Source of the DNA: Diadema antillarum
Lineage: Eukaryota
Assembly (NCBI RefSeq): GCF_040938485.1
Contig: NW_027271250.1
Span: 806,001-870,000 of the forward strand
Direction of reading: 5' to 3'
Length of the DNA stretch: 64,000 nt
In this document: positions 14,490-27,781 of the stretch, piece by piece
How positions within the stretch are numbered: the stretch's first letter is position 1
How the letters are laid out: each line of letters opens with the position of its first letter
Translations under genes and position numbers: made by a program
The notes under the pieces: generated by a model
Told to the model about the DNA's origin: nothing
The model's database searches: none
The model's input: the letters and a program-made list of their open reading frames with translations, nothing else

Positions 14490-14700
14490 TGCTCATGTTT
14501 TTTCCCCTTCCACTCTCCTTGGAAGTGATTTCAACCACCTTTCCTGAAATCCTATCAATACATCGCTTTATGGCCTGCACTTTCTTTCTCAAACTTGACT
14601 TTGTACATATTTGACCGGCGGGGAAGGAGGCTGCATTCTTTGGTCCAATGCCATTTTTCGTGTTTTTTCCCCGTTTCTTCAAGAGTAAAGTTTTTTTGCC
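14490..14700 (+). pseudogene. Possible GPCR TM3-TM4 remnant (LGR-like)
   Basis: SLEVISTTFPEILSIHRFMACTF (DRF-like, R at 14564), then ILWSNAIFRVFSP (W at 14641, 77 nt downstream). Confidence 0.22.
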
Positions 14701-15165
14701 CCATGAGTGGCCTCTGGTACAAATTAAAGCAACCTGTAATTTGTCATGTACTGTTCGTCACACAAGAGTTCGACAAACAAGGACGGCCTTCCGCAGTGAT
14801 GTTATTGACAGGTCTTTGTACTTGTGAGTTATGTGTTGGTGTTTCACGCTTTGTTGGATATTTTCCGTAGGGAACCAGTGAAGGTTGCTTGAGTAAGAAA
14901 GATGGGTGCTTACATGTGGTTCATCTCCACTTAGAGGAGGTATTAGTATTTGGAAAATGCGTCATTTTCTTTTCTTTACACGTTTTCATTTGACAATATT
15001 GCATTTGGCAAACTTATATATTAAGCTAATAATTTCCGGACAAGAGGAATAACAGTGATGAGGTTGTTCACAGCAGTTGCTATGGTAACAACTGGTGCTT
15101 ATACAATGCCGACGAAAGTGATTGCTACAGTTGTGTTAGATATTTCTATTCTTTTGCCTATATCG

Positions 15166-15323
15166 CAGGGGCGGATCCAGGAATTTCGTAATTGGGAGGC
15201 GCCTTTACAAAATTAAAGGAGGGGGGGGGGGACGCACGCCCCCTTCATTTTTCTCTTTATTTCCTTTGTTTTAAAAAAATTAAGGGGGGCGCCCGAGTGC
15301 ACCCCCACCTGGATAAGCCACTG
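15166..15323. mobile_element. MITE with CAGGGGCGGATCCAG-type TIRs
   Basis: TIRs; 5-bp flanks TATCG/TATTG. Confidence 0.75.
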
Positions 15324-16740
15324 TATTGTGTCGTCAATATGTTGACAAGCTTTTTCAAAATCATTGGTGGTTAAGTTTGCGTTTGGCATTGCCAAATTTT
15401 ACAAACAGTAACAAGAAAATGGTGACTAGTATTGTAAGGTTTGAGGGTTAATTATTCTTTATCTCATAATCTATTTGCACGATAATTCTTGAAATCAAGC
15501 GCTGCAGAAAATGTTCAGTGGTCAAGAGTTTACATCAAAGACTCTATCTGCACATGGAATTTGTGAAATCTGTCGGATAATGGTGGTTATTTCAGATACG
15601 AATAGATGTAATGTAGTTATGTCCACATTCTGACTAACACTGCTATAATTGGAAGGCTGTGAGTGTGCACGGCTGTGCTATCAAACCTAATGATTTGGGC
15701 GTGTGGAAACGTGGCTCTATCATGCGATTAGACGCCCATTACTCTTTTTTATGTTAATCGAGTTTCGGCTAGCCCCATGTTGTAATGGGAAAAGCATTTT
15801 TGCAGTTGACCTCGTCCATCGAGAGGTCATCACTGCGAATGGTTTGGCGATAGGCAGAAGAATAGCCTGCCTTGTGAATGGAGAGAGATGGGAGAGAGGG
15901 AGAGCTTGAGAGGATGGGAGGGGAGGGAATGGGTGATGAGGGTAGAAAGGCACCTGTAGAATAATGTACTTCAACTTGGCCTCCGCGGCCCTATCGAGTG
16001 AGTCAGACAGCCCCCTTGCCACTTTGAATTTGTCGTTATATAGTTTGGAAGAAAAGCAGAATAGTGGGAGAGATTATTAACTTACCGCGAATCTCATTCA
16101 ACACATTCAACACGTTCGTCATTAACATTGTTACGTTGTGCAAAATGGCCCATTCTTTTGCTGACCATCCAGTTCAGATACTGACTTATAGTTCCGTTCA
16201 AAAGTTTCCAAGCTTTCAGGTCGAATGACTAAAAGTTTGCCTGTGAATGGTTCGCCTTCAGGTGATCTTGAGGGAACGAGTAATTACACAAAATGAATGG
16301 CAATTGAAGTTAATCATGCCGCATGTTGATCATCAATGGAAAATGAAAACGCAGTCGAGTTAAGTGTTCCGATGTATCTATAAGACAAAGAGAGATGAGC
16401 TGAAGCCTCAGAGTGGAGCAGTGTGAGACAATATTTGGAATGATGTGTCTCATTAGTTTGTACCGAATGACTGGTCAATAGATCTTTGAAGCTGCTTTAA
16501 AAAAGAAGAAGAAATAGATAACTATAGATAAATAGAAAGCTTACATACGCAACGGTTACAAAGATTGCTGTCGATTGAGGACTTTCCAAAATGTATTCAG
16601 ACGCTGTTTGACTATACATACCTTGTTTTTTGTTTTTTTGTTTTCTTTCACTCATGTGGGAGGCATCTTATGGTGTCAAAGTACATGTATTTTGAATTCC
16701 ATTTATATACGTTTACACTGTATTTTTGAAGTTTTGTTTG

Positions 16741-17738
16741 TTTTTATGCCTCCGCCAACGAAGTGGCCGGAGGCATTATGTTTTCGGGTCGTCCGTCCGT
16801 CCGTCCGTACGTCCGTACGTCCGTCCCGTTTTGTTTTTGTCGATATCTCAAGAACCGTGAGGTGGTTTTGCATCAAACTTGGTATGAGGGTATATCCTGG
16901 GGGGATAATACTTTGTTTGGATTTTAGGGTCACGGGGTCAAAGGTCAAAGGTCACAGGATATTTTGTGAAAAAAAGGTTGAAATTTCATGTTTTTCTCCA
17001 TATCTCGCAAATGGTTCAAGGTATCTTCATGGAACTTAATATATATGCATGTACCGATGGGCAGTGATTATCTAGGGAAATTGGGGGTCATGGTTCAAAG
17101 GTCAGGGGTCAAAGGTCAAGGTCAACTCCTCAAAATATCACTGCTTTCCTTATATTTATGCAATGCCTGAAGGATTTTTTAACTTGATGTATGCATGTAT
17201 AACCCAATATATATTCTGTGGGAAGTTTCTTGCCAAAAGGTCAAAGGTCAAAAGGTCAAGTGAAAGTGCTAAATTGCACTTCTTCCTCCATATCTCAAAA
17301 GTAACTCAAGGTATTATCATGAAACTTACATATTTATGCATGTTCTACCTAACAGTGATTCTCTTTGGAACTGTGAGGTCAAAGGTCAAAGGCTAGGTTT
17401 AGATAATACTATTTTACCATTTGATACTGAAATTATACTTTTTCTCAATACCTTGAAAATTACTCAATGTATAAACTTATAAACGGGTCAAAAGTCAAGT
17501 AAAAATCATCAGTTCCCCAAAAAACCTGCACTCTGACGTTTTAATCATTCATCCAATTGAACCTAGTTCTAGGAAAGTGAACATTCAGCACATTTGTGGC
17601 AAACCTGTCATTTTAATATTTTGCCAATTGTGTGAAACTTTCATCACACATTGTCAAGACATTGTACTATAGACCTATTAGGAGAACCATGCATTATGGC
17701 GGAGGCATACACCAGTCGCCGTAGCGACATTTCTAGTT
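16741..17738 (+). mobile_element. Helentron/DINE-1-like element, family A copy 2
   Basis: Colinear with 11616-12554, same termini. Confidence 0.75.
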
Positions 17739-18119
17739 TTGTACAGCTACATGAATTATTTTAGGCCGTGCTCTCCTCCACCCCCACCACACACGTTTGG
17801 TTTGTTTGTTAGTTTTCACTTTCCATCTGCACTAGTTGGTCTTCCATAGGGTCCAGTTGTATATGATATACATGTACAATGTATATACAGTCAGGGAGGT
17901 TGGAAATGGCTTTCGCTTTCTCTTCCCACCTCCTTGATACAATCAGTACTTTGGGCGGACCACTTTCACGGGGTTTTGCACCCTCTTCTTTGTGATGAAT
18001 GAATGAAGCGGGATGTCTATACGTGCGATAATTGGGTTATGACTCTCTTTATAACATCAAAGTGCTTTTCCTCTACAGCTGTATAGAAGGAGGATGGTAT
18101 GATAAGACACTACATTGAC

Positions 18120-18198
18120 TCACAGATTCGAACCCGCGTCCGATCTCGAGCCCATCGATGGCAAGGAAGATACGCTGTAACGACTATGCCACTCGCCG
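18120..18198 (-). mobile_element. tRNA-like SINE head remnant
   Basis: Reverse complement has TGGCATAGTCG and GGGTTCGAATC boxes; no clean cloverleaf. Confidence 0.45.
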
Positions 18199-19002
18199 TA
18201 ATATAAGACTCTTACACCTCAGTTTGTTAGGGAATGAAAGTTATCTTTAAGTAGATGAGTTGTGATATAGACCAACGTGAAAAGAAATGGCTTCATGTCT
18301 GTGCATCACATGACGATTCGTGCAGAGAAAATATACCAACACCAAGGCATATACATTTCAGTCTAAATTGCTGTCGTCACTGCGAGGTGTCTATCCTCAA
18401 TGTGCAGATGAAATGTTTGTTTTTTACGACATCACGATAGATGATTCAAATGATGGTTTTATAGAGACACGCGGGGTATTCTGTAGTTCAGGTCTATTAA
18501 AGTGACTCAATATGTTTTATGATGAACGATACCACGCCTACGTGTGAAAATATTTGGACTTTGTAGACGTGTGTGTGACAGAGGAAACCAATACTCAGCT
18601 TGACTTGCGACAATAAATCACATTCAGTTATATGAGCTTAAGGAATAACACCGCCTTTTTAAATCTTCATTGCAAATCGAATTGACTCTTATACATAGTG
18701 AGATCAATTTCATGATAACTCCCGTAGGATTGTCGTTCGAAAGACATTAATGACCACTTAAAACTTTTCAAAATTAGGAAACATGAGAATGTGAGGTATT
18801 CCTGCCATAAATCATGATTGTACTCTCATTAATTTTCTTTCCTGACAGAGATCTAAATGACTCTCGCAGCATATTCATGATGGGTTATTGCGCCATTCAC
18901 ACACATTCAGGGGAAAGTTTTGCTAATTGCTTTATAGGGTGGGAAACAAGATAGACTTTGTGAATGTGTACATTCCTTTTACGACACATAGTGACATTAT
19001 AA

Positions 19003-19216
19003 AGCCAGGCTGACACTTGCACGATTCTGCGGCACGCATTGGCACGATTCGAATCGTGTCAGTGCGCAAACTAGTCGTAAACTGACGTGAAGTGTGCGTA
19101 GACCCGTCGTGACCTGCGTGCCATGTCGGGACGAGAATTTTGAAATGTTCAAAATTTTGGTCACGATTTGCCACGACAAAATCGTGGCCAAAAGTCGTGC
19201 AAGTGTCAGCCTGGCT
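19003..19216. mobile_element. PIF/Harbinger-type MITE
   Basis: TIR AGCCAGGCTGACACTTGCACGA; TAA TSD. Confidence 0.8.
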
Positions 19217-20673
19217 TAACCCAACATTCGATTCTTTCTCTCTCTTTATCTCTCTCTCTCTCTCTCTCTCTTTATCTCTCTCTCTTTCTTTCAGTCGTAT
19301 TACCTATACCCATTATCCTCCTATTAAAAAGCTCTATACTCTTATCTAAATAAATAAACATTTTGGATGTTGACAAGCATCAAAGAACATCGTTTCATCG
19401 TCCTGTTGTCGAATGTAGCCATACAGAAAGGAAGAGGAAGGAGTTGTGGTTGATTGAAATGAAGTGCAGTCGATACTCCTAAACATGCTCACCAGCAAGC
19501 TTGACAGGACGAGATAAATCCTTGTAAAGTTTCAGATCTCTCTTCTGTTGAGGAAATGGTGGTAATCCTCATTAAACTACGTGTATTCTTCTTGTGCAGG
19601 TCGTCTTTACGGGGAAAAAATGCCGAGGAAAGTTAGCGAAGAATATAGATCGGTCTAGTTTAAATAATTGTATTAAAATTCTACCTTTCTAGCATGAGTT
19701 CTTGTCAACTGAAAGATGCCAGACAAAGCAACAACTAATACATGCACACGTGCTCATTCCGAGTATGGAGCTGTTGTATGAGGAAATGTGTTAACACTTT
19801 CAAAGTATTAAAATTTCATACATGCCTTTGTAACAAAGCTGATGGCTAGTGATTGCTCGACGCTACAACAAGCCATGCGAGCAAACAGGAACAGTGGATT
19901 ATAAAGGAATAGGTGAATTCATATAGCCATACATTGAACGCATTAATATATCCCCACCATGTGAAGAGATCTTTCTTAAGGGGAAAATTGAAGAAATATA
20001 TAATGTTTTGATGAAAGCAGTAAGTGGAACGCAGTAAGTGGAAGTGATGTAATAAAATTGTGTGCACAGAGCCTGAGCGTGTCATGATTGTGAACGACCT
20101 GAAGATGTTCTACCTCATAACACTTCAATGATGCAATATTATAGTCCTCTTATATATGCAGTTTTGTTTTGTTTTGTTTGTTTGATTATTTGTTTATTTG
20201 TTTGTTTGTTTTTGCTTTAACTTACTAAGACCAATAGTTGTGGGAACCAATTGTAGTGCAGTAACCATTGCAAATTCATCTTGTCCATGTGGTCACAACA
20301 AGAGGTGATCGCCACTCTGCCCTCTTCATAGTGATTTATCCAGTTTCGTGAAAGAAAAACAGAACAAACCAAAACAAAAGCAAAATAAACAACACTCTGC
20401 ATTTATGAACTATGTAGTCAAACCTTCAGTCTTAACCATTAGCCAAATAAAGTGAAAGTGATGGTACGCCTTAGTTTTGAAGATGTTAAATCTAAAGTGG
20501 TATCGATGACTGTTTAGAATCTGTGCAGTAGACAAAGAGAATGATAGTGAAAATAACGGAAGCAAATATCACATATCCATTGTCCTTGGACTAAACATGC
20601 ACGCTCCTCCTCTTTTCACGAGGAGATAGGGCATGACATGAATGATAGCATCAGTTACAATATACTAGTTAAT

Positions 20674-20984
20674 GGCCCGAATTCACGAAGGGTACAAATG
20701 AAACCATGGTTTAAACCATGGACAAAAACTATGGAGGGCCAAGTGTCGCACGGAATATTTCGTTACGAAATTGGTCATTTCGTCGACAATGACCGTTTCG
20801 TTAACGAAATTATCACTTCGTGGACGGAATGCTCATTTAGTTACAAAATGTTTTCAAAATGTTGTCATTTCGTTACAAAATAATCATTTCATCGACGAAA
20901 ATATGACTGATTTTGTAACGAAATATTCCATGCGATACTTGGCGCGCCATTGTTTCATTTGTATCACCTTCGTGAATTCGGGCC
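20674..20984. mobile_element. Long-TIR MITE (Harbinger-like)
   Basis: TIR GGCCCGAATTCACGAAGG extending about 100 bp; AAT on both flanks. Confidence 0.75.
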
Positions 20985-21233
20985 AATGTGTTCAGATCTT
21001 ATGAGTTCTCGTTTACAAAGGTTGTCCCACGTCAACCCCAAAAGTTCCCTGAAGTGTGCCAGAGGCTTGCCTGACCTAACAACGGTGACAACAATAACGC
21101 GGAACCAAGCCCACGTATTATAACACGGGCGTAAAATTGCATGTGGTGAATAAATAGCTCATGAAGAGACCAGATGTTATTTGATACCATACTGCGGACT
21201 GGATTTGAAGCTCGAAACATAATTATATGATGA

Positions 21234-22130
21234 TTGTGCTTGGTATATTGGCAAATCTTGCTCGCTTCCTGTATCACAACTATCACAACAGCATTCTGTG
21301 TCCTGGCATTCTGCCTGCAACAGCCTATAATTGTCATTTTGTCAATTCAAGGGAGTGACTCGTTCCTTATCTCACTAAACTTTGCTGATACACTAATATG
21401 TTCAAGATTATGGATAGAACATTTCTCACTACAGCAAGTATAACAGAGTGGATAGGCTATTTACTGTTCCTGTCCCTATCTAATGTTTTCTCATCCTCGG
21501 ATAAAGTTTTGGGTTGTCAGGAACAGTCTTTGTGATAGATATTTACTTACAATTTTTCATACAAATGGTCTTTTGTCGTCACATACGTCATAAATGCACA
21601 GCAAAGCAACACGCGCCTTCCATAATGTGTCATATCTGTTTTGCGTCTTTCACCTTTATAACCTATACCTCGTCAACACCTGCTCTCTCACCTCTAACGT
21701 GCTTGTTGTACATATGGTTTTCATTGGAGTAGAATGATTGCAGAAACAATAGTAACTAAAAGTGAAAGATTCAGCCAAATTTTTTATACCTCGTAGTACC
21801 AGGATCAATGTTTTGCCAGTGCCTTTCAATTTCTTAGTAGTCACTGCAGCAACGCATTCTGCATGCAGTTTGCGTATGAATAATATGTTGAACATTAGTT
21901 GTTTAATTTCTTGCCTCCGGGGTTTCACAAAAGATCAAGAATGTCCACGGTAGCTTGTTCTTCTTACATTTTATTTCGATGGGGGACAGGGATGTCATTT
22001 CATAGCTTCGTTTTTAAAAGTCCTTACATTTTCATGGCATCACTACGTGGGCAAGAGTTCGAGTAAACACAGTTTGGTCTTGCTTTCCACAGTTTTGTCG
22101 GCATTCGCTTTGCCCATCCAATAGTCCACT
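21234..22130 (+). pseudogene. Decayed intronless rhodopsin-family GPCR
   Basis: One frame gives hydrophobic TM1, FLISLNFAD (D 21387) and SLCDRYLLTI (R 21537), with D-to-R spacing of 50 codons and 2 stops between; LYLVVPGSMFC (TM5-like) and AHPIVHFR (TM7-like) follow after frameshifts. Confidence 0.45.
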
Positions 22131-22826
22131 TCCGGCCATGAGACAAAACTCAGCTTCCGGGGGGATATCACGGCTGCAGAATACGATAAGTGGTGTTACT
22201 AATCACATCTTCAAACACATGGACACGAACAAACTATGACTACAGTTTGGACGTGGTATTTACAAAAGCAAAATATATGTATTCAACAAAAGAAGAATTG
22301 GAATCAGGACGAAATACAGTGTGGGGAATGACGTCGTAGTGTTTTCGCTCTCTTTATGTATTGTTATGAGAGGCAGGGTGCGTTCATTTTCCTCCCTTGG
22401 CTGAATTTCTCGAAAGATGTACTTTACAGTGGATCGTCAGTTCTTATGCCGGTGGATGAATCGGAAACTTTGCAACAATGAAGGCGATATACGATAACTT
22501 ATATAACTACAATCACATCATTGCCACTTGAATACGAACAAATTATGGCTACGATTGGGACGTGGCATCAGCGCGGTTGAAGGAAAGCAAAATTATATAA
22601 CACAAAAGAAACCTTGAAATCATGATGAAATGCAATGTGGCGAATTAATAACGTTCTCGCTCGTTTTACGAGAGGATGCGTTCGGTTATCTCCCTTGGCC
22701 CCAGCCCCTGGCTAAATTTCTCGGAAAATTTTACATCATGGCTCATCAATCGTTAGGCTGGTGTAGGTGACGCAGAGTATTGTTAACAAAGAAGTTATTG
22801 TCCCTCAAGCCTGAAAGCGTCATCAT

Positions 22827-23898
22827 GATTTAGTTATTGATGAGCATTTTGCACAGCTTCATAATCAGTCTGAACTTGTGGAAGGAGTGCACGACATGCT
22901 GGTGACTTTGTAGTCAATGCAATATTAATTTGTGCTCGTGAAAGACGAGCCATATTAGCGATAGATGACGCTCATTAAAATATAAGACTATTAAGACTCA
23001 GCAGGAAGACAAAGTTCCACAAAGTTCCATTTTTCAAGAAGTGTTATTGGAAATACCCAGACACATTTAAGTACGATCAATAATTGTTTAATTCCACTAA
23101 GAAATAGACATTGTCGAATGTCTCGAGGTTTTGTTTAGAAATAATGTCCCTTTTTCATTAGTTAGTGTACACTATGATTTGATTAATTGTTAAGTATATC
23201 TTATATATCCTCTGCATCAGGCAGTGCCTGCATTATTCATAATAGCACGTTGTAAGATTATTCTTAATATACTTTGACGCAAATTGTAAGCTGATGTGTT
23301 GTTATGTTAAATTCTATTTCAAATTGTTCTACTTTTGTACATTATAATTTGCAATTGCAATTTGCGATTTAGTTATTGATGAGCATTTTGCACAGCTTCA
23401 TAATCAGTCTGAACTTGTGGAAGGAGTGCACGACATGCTGGTGACTTTGTAGTCAATGCAATATTAATTTGTGCTCGTGAAAGACGAGCCATATTAGCGA
23501 TAGATGACGCTCATTAAAAAATAAGACTATTAAGACTCAGCAGGAAGACAAAGTTCCACAAAGTTCCATTTTTCAAGAAGTGTTATTGGAAATACCCAGA
23601 CACATTTAAGTACGATCAATAATTGTTTAATTCCACTAAGAAATAGACATTGTCGAATGTCTCGAGGTTTTGTTTAGAAATAATGTCCCTTTTTCATTAG
23701 TTAGTGTACACTATGATTTGATTAATTGTTAAGTATATCTTATATATCCTCTGCATCAGGCAGTGCCTGCATTATTCATAATAGCACGTTGTAAGATTAT
23801 TCTTAATATACTTTGACGCAAATTGTAAGCTGATGTGTTGTTATGTTAAATTCTATATTTCAAATTGTTCTACTTTTGTACATTATAATTTGCAATTG
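22827..23898. repeat. Near-identical 539-bp tandem duplication
   Basis: Copies start at 22827 and 23366; I noticed only one substitution and one 2-bp indel. Confidence 0.95.
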
Positions 23899-25009
23899 GT
23901 ATGCTTCCATACCCCATGAGGATTGTTGATTCAATTAACTTCACAACTTCACAACTTCACTTAATATTGATAAGCCGAAAGGGTAATATATTTCCCGCCG
24001 CACTCGCTATTGCCTGTTTTAGAGTGATTTAACGTGACATATAAATTTGTTTATATTGCTAACATAATGTTCTCTTCGTTCTGCAGATGAACAAGGCTCG
24101 AGATAATGAGCTCTGCGTGTGCAAGCAGTTGTTTATATGTGCATAGTGACTTTCATTAAGAAACTGCGTCAGAAACATTGCAAAATCGTTACGGAGAGTT
24201 AAAGAAATGCTTTAACATTAGAATAGCTTAAACTTAAAAACCGTGGCCCTTTGTTGACTAGCTATGTAATAATACAACGATGTTAAAATAGATCAACTAT
24301 AAAATGCTGTAAGAATACCAAAGTTTGAATATTATGATGTCAATGTCAAGAGATCTCCGAACAAATTAGAATCACCATGCAGTGAATTATTTCCGAAATG
24401 ATTTATTTTAAATTATTTAATATATGACTAGAGACACTGTAGCACGTATGGTAAGGACCATGGAGTTCATTATTTTTCAAACGATGGGAAGTCGTTAAGC
24501 AATGCCTCGGTGGATGTGTGTTGGGAATGAGATACGTAATTACGGGATCCCCATCCTTAATTTGTCGGTGTTGTGAGGAATATCAGGTTTCCCTTCAAGA
24601 CATTCGGCACGTGACAGATTTTTGATGAGAACTGAAACTGATGAAGCGTTGCCCAAGGTAACTGACTGTACAGAAGACACAGCTTTAATTGAAGGTAATA
24701 TTATTCTTCTGTCAAAATTTTGTCGCCTCGTTGCGTGCCTCATGACATTAGATGGGATTTGATCTGACGGGTAATATCCAATTTGATTGATTGTTTGTGT
24801 TTTGGCCCGACACCAAGTATGGAGCCACACGGTACATGTGAAAGAGGATTAAACCCAAGAATGGTTTCTATGGTTATGGTCAATGTTTTCTCCATTTTTT
24901 CTATTATATCCTACTGGCCTCAATTCTGTAAGTATGGAAAAAAAGCGACACAACGACTGCGTCTGTCCAAGCTAGATTATGATTCCCATTGTATGTTTAA
25001 TCGGGAGCG

Positions 25010-25171
25010 CAGTGGCGGATCCAGAGGGGGGCGTAACCGGCGCACGCCCTCCCCCCTTTATTTTTCGTTAAAAACAAAAGAAAAAAAAATGAAATGAAAC
25101 CCGGAAGTGGCACCAGAAATATTAGTTGCGCCCCCCCCCCTCCCTTTACAGAATTCCTTGATCCGCCCCTG
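25010..25171. mobile_element. MITE, same family
   Basis: TIRs; exact 5-bp TSD GAGCG. Confidence 0.8.
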
Positions 25172-26593
25172 GAGCGTAGTACAGTGATTATAGGGATCGG
25201 TAATTGCGAGTACTGAGAATTGAGGTTATTTTATTAAACAAAGGGAGAACTCGCCCGTGCGCGAACTACGAGTCACGTTTCATACAATGTGTGGAGACAG
25301 ATGAGGTGGTCAGGGAAAGTTAGCTTACATGCTATGTCTGAATGTGAGATGAGTTCTGCTCAGTTCTTCTGCGGGTGAAAAGAAAACAAAGTAGCTGCCA
25401 TCAAGTTGAAGTGTGACCAGCCGCACACATTAAAATACTGATTTATTTCTCTCCTACCTAACGCATCACATTTTATTTTCCAACTTGCTTATGCTATAGT
25501 TCTTCCTGTCGTGATGCAAATTGTTCACATATACAACTATGCATGTATTTCGTTATTCTATCTTTGACACCATGAAGTACAATAGTCAGTTCAATTTAGT
25601 TCAGTTCAATTTATTCGCCATTATTTCAGGAGTACAATAAAAAGACATACAAAAATACATAATCAACCATACAAAGTAAACTTAAAGCACTTAAGAAAGA
25701 AGAGTTGAACTTGATTTTGGGCAATACCACAGTAGAAGCAGTGCTTATAGATAAGGGCCCCGTGATGACTTACACGTAAAAGGGAGAGAGATATGGTAAA
25801 TTCGTAAAAGAGGGACTCTCCACTGTATATTTTTTCTCTATAAGGAGCGTTGAGGACAGTGATTATTTTTTTTTTTTCATTTTTATTCAGGCAAGGTAAG
25901 AAGTAATCGGATGCCGTTTTATATTTTCGCCATGCAGTGCCATTGTACTTGATCTCCTGTGCAAAGCTATCGCCTCATAGTCTTGTCAATGTTTACAGAC
26001 ACAGAATTATATAATGCAGACCTCGCGTAAAACGACATCATGTAAGCTGACTTATTGAAAAGGCCGATTGTCTCTGTCACCACTTCCAATTCTTCACGTA
26101 AACGTCAACAAATACATCAATGTAACTTTCGGTCCTATCCGGGGAAATCCCGTATACTCGTGCACGATATTGTCTTCCGTAAGTCGACAGACAGTTTGTG
26201 TATGATTACAGACAAGCAAAGACGCGGACTCGATCGTCGATAAAGTGTGGTTCTACTCAAAGCCCTGTCTATGAATACACTACCATCATTATATGCATTC
26301 AATACCCAAATGTGATGGTAGTAACGTTGTCCAGTGCAATCACCAAATGTAAGTCGCGGTCCTATCGATTCGGAAACCACTGGAAACAGAATCAGACGAT
26401 TTTTAGCCATTCATTCGTGTTTGAGAACCTTGGATCTCATCGCGTTTATTTGTGACATGATTCGTATGATCTATCCACGAAACTGATATTTATGTAGGCC
26501 TATTTATGAATGTCAATGCCAGACAATCAAGCAATGCTTGCTATGCGTATATATACAATCCTTATACATTTGCATTGCCCCGTATTCTCAATA

Positions 26594-27078
26594 GGCGTTT
26601 TCACATCAGCCCGATGTTTCGAAATAGCGCGCTATTTTCTGACGTGGAAAATTATCCCGATAGCGAAATAGCGCGCTATTTGATAATGTGAACACAAATT
26701 AGCGCGCTTATTGTATCGCTCTGATCGAGAAAATTTCTCGAGTCCAACTCGGGAAATTTCTGAAATAGCGGGATAGTAGCGCGCTATTTGATAATGTGAA
26801 AACGACTCGAGAAATTAGCGCGATGCATCCCATCACGCCTAGCGTGTGTGACCCGATCGATCGAGGCAAACTGCACACAAATCATGATGAATTTTTGAGA
26901 GGACACACACATTACATTTGCTGTTTGCACTTGTACTCAGCTGTCGAATTAGCTCGAAAAACAAAATCGGGCTAATTCTCTTCGGGCTGATGTGAATAAG
27001 AAATGAAATAGCGCGCTAATTCGCAATCGCGAAAAATATCTCGAGCTTGGATTTTTATCGGGCTGATGTGAAAACGCC
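26594..27078. mobile_element. MITE with TA TSD
   Basis: Perfect TIR GGCGTTTTCACATCAGCCCGAT; internal AATAGCGCGCT repeats. Confidence 0.8.
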
Positions 27079-27275
27079 TATGAGGCAATTACTAGGCCAT
27101 AGAATGACCACCTTTTTTTTCCCGAACAAATAAGCCGGTATCAGGTTGCGTTAGTGCGATGCACTGATGTGTCGATGTTAAAATAACAATAATAAAGTTC
27201 ATCACAAGATACAATTACCCAGGAAAAGACAAAAACAAAGCAAAACAATATATTACAACGTATTATAAGTGTTTT

Positions 27276-27407
27276 NNNNNNNNNNNNNNNNNNNNNNNNN
27301 NNNNNNNNNNNNNNNNNNNNNNNNNNNNNNNNNNNNNNNNNNNNNNNNNNNNNNNNNNNNNNNNNNNNNNNNNNNNNNNNNNNNNNNNNNNNNNNNNNNN
27401 NNNNNNN
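27276..27407. other. Assembly gap
   Basis: N run. Confidence 1.
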
Positions 27408-27781
27408 ATGTTATATTTGACGCATACTACAACTATCTTCCTCACTGTGTGAATTTGACAAGACGAAGTACAATGTATCCCGCGCTGATCTTATAAACAA
27501 GTACTATATAATCATGTCACTCTTCGAGTATCAATGTGCATTCTGATTTGAGCCTACGGTGTACGATAGTGACGTATCATGATAGATTGCCATGATCTTG
27601 TCAAAAGGCCATAAAAGGACAATGAGGGAATGAAAACTGAGAGTGGGTCACGGAAATGGCGGTCTTTATTCATCTAGGTACTGAGTAGTCGTTGCCAAAT
27701 TTAAGGCGTACCCCCCTTCATCACTTTGTTGTCTGTCTTTGTCAAAGTAATGACTCTTTGGATCGCCTGTTGTCATTGCCG

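Noticed and set aside
26055-26455. Two strong GTAAGT donors as candidates for integrin exon 1
   Set aside because: Upstream frames lack a signal peptide and FG-GAP residues
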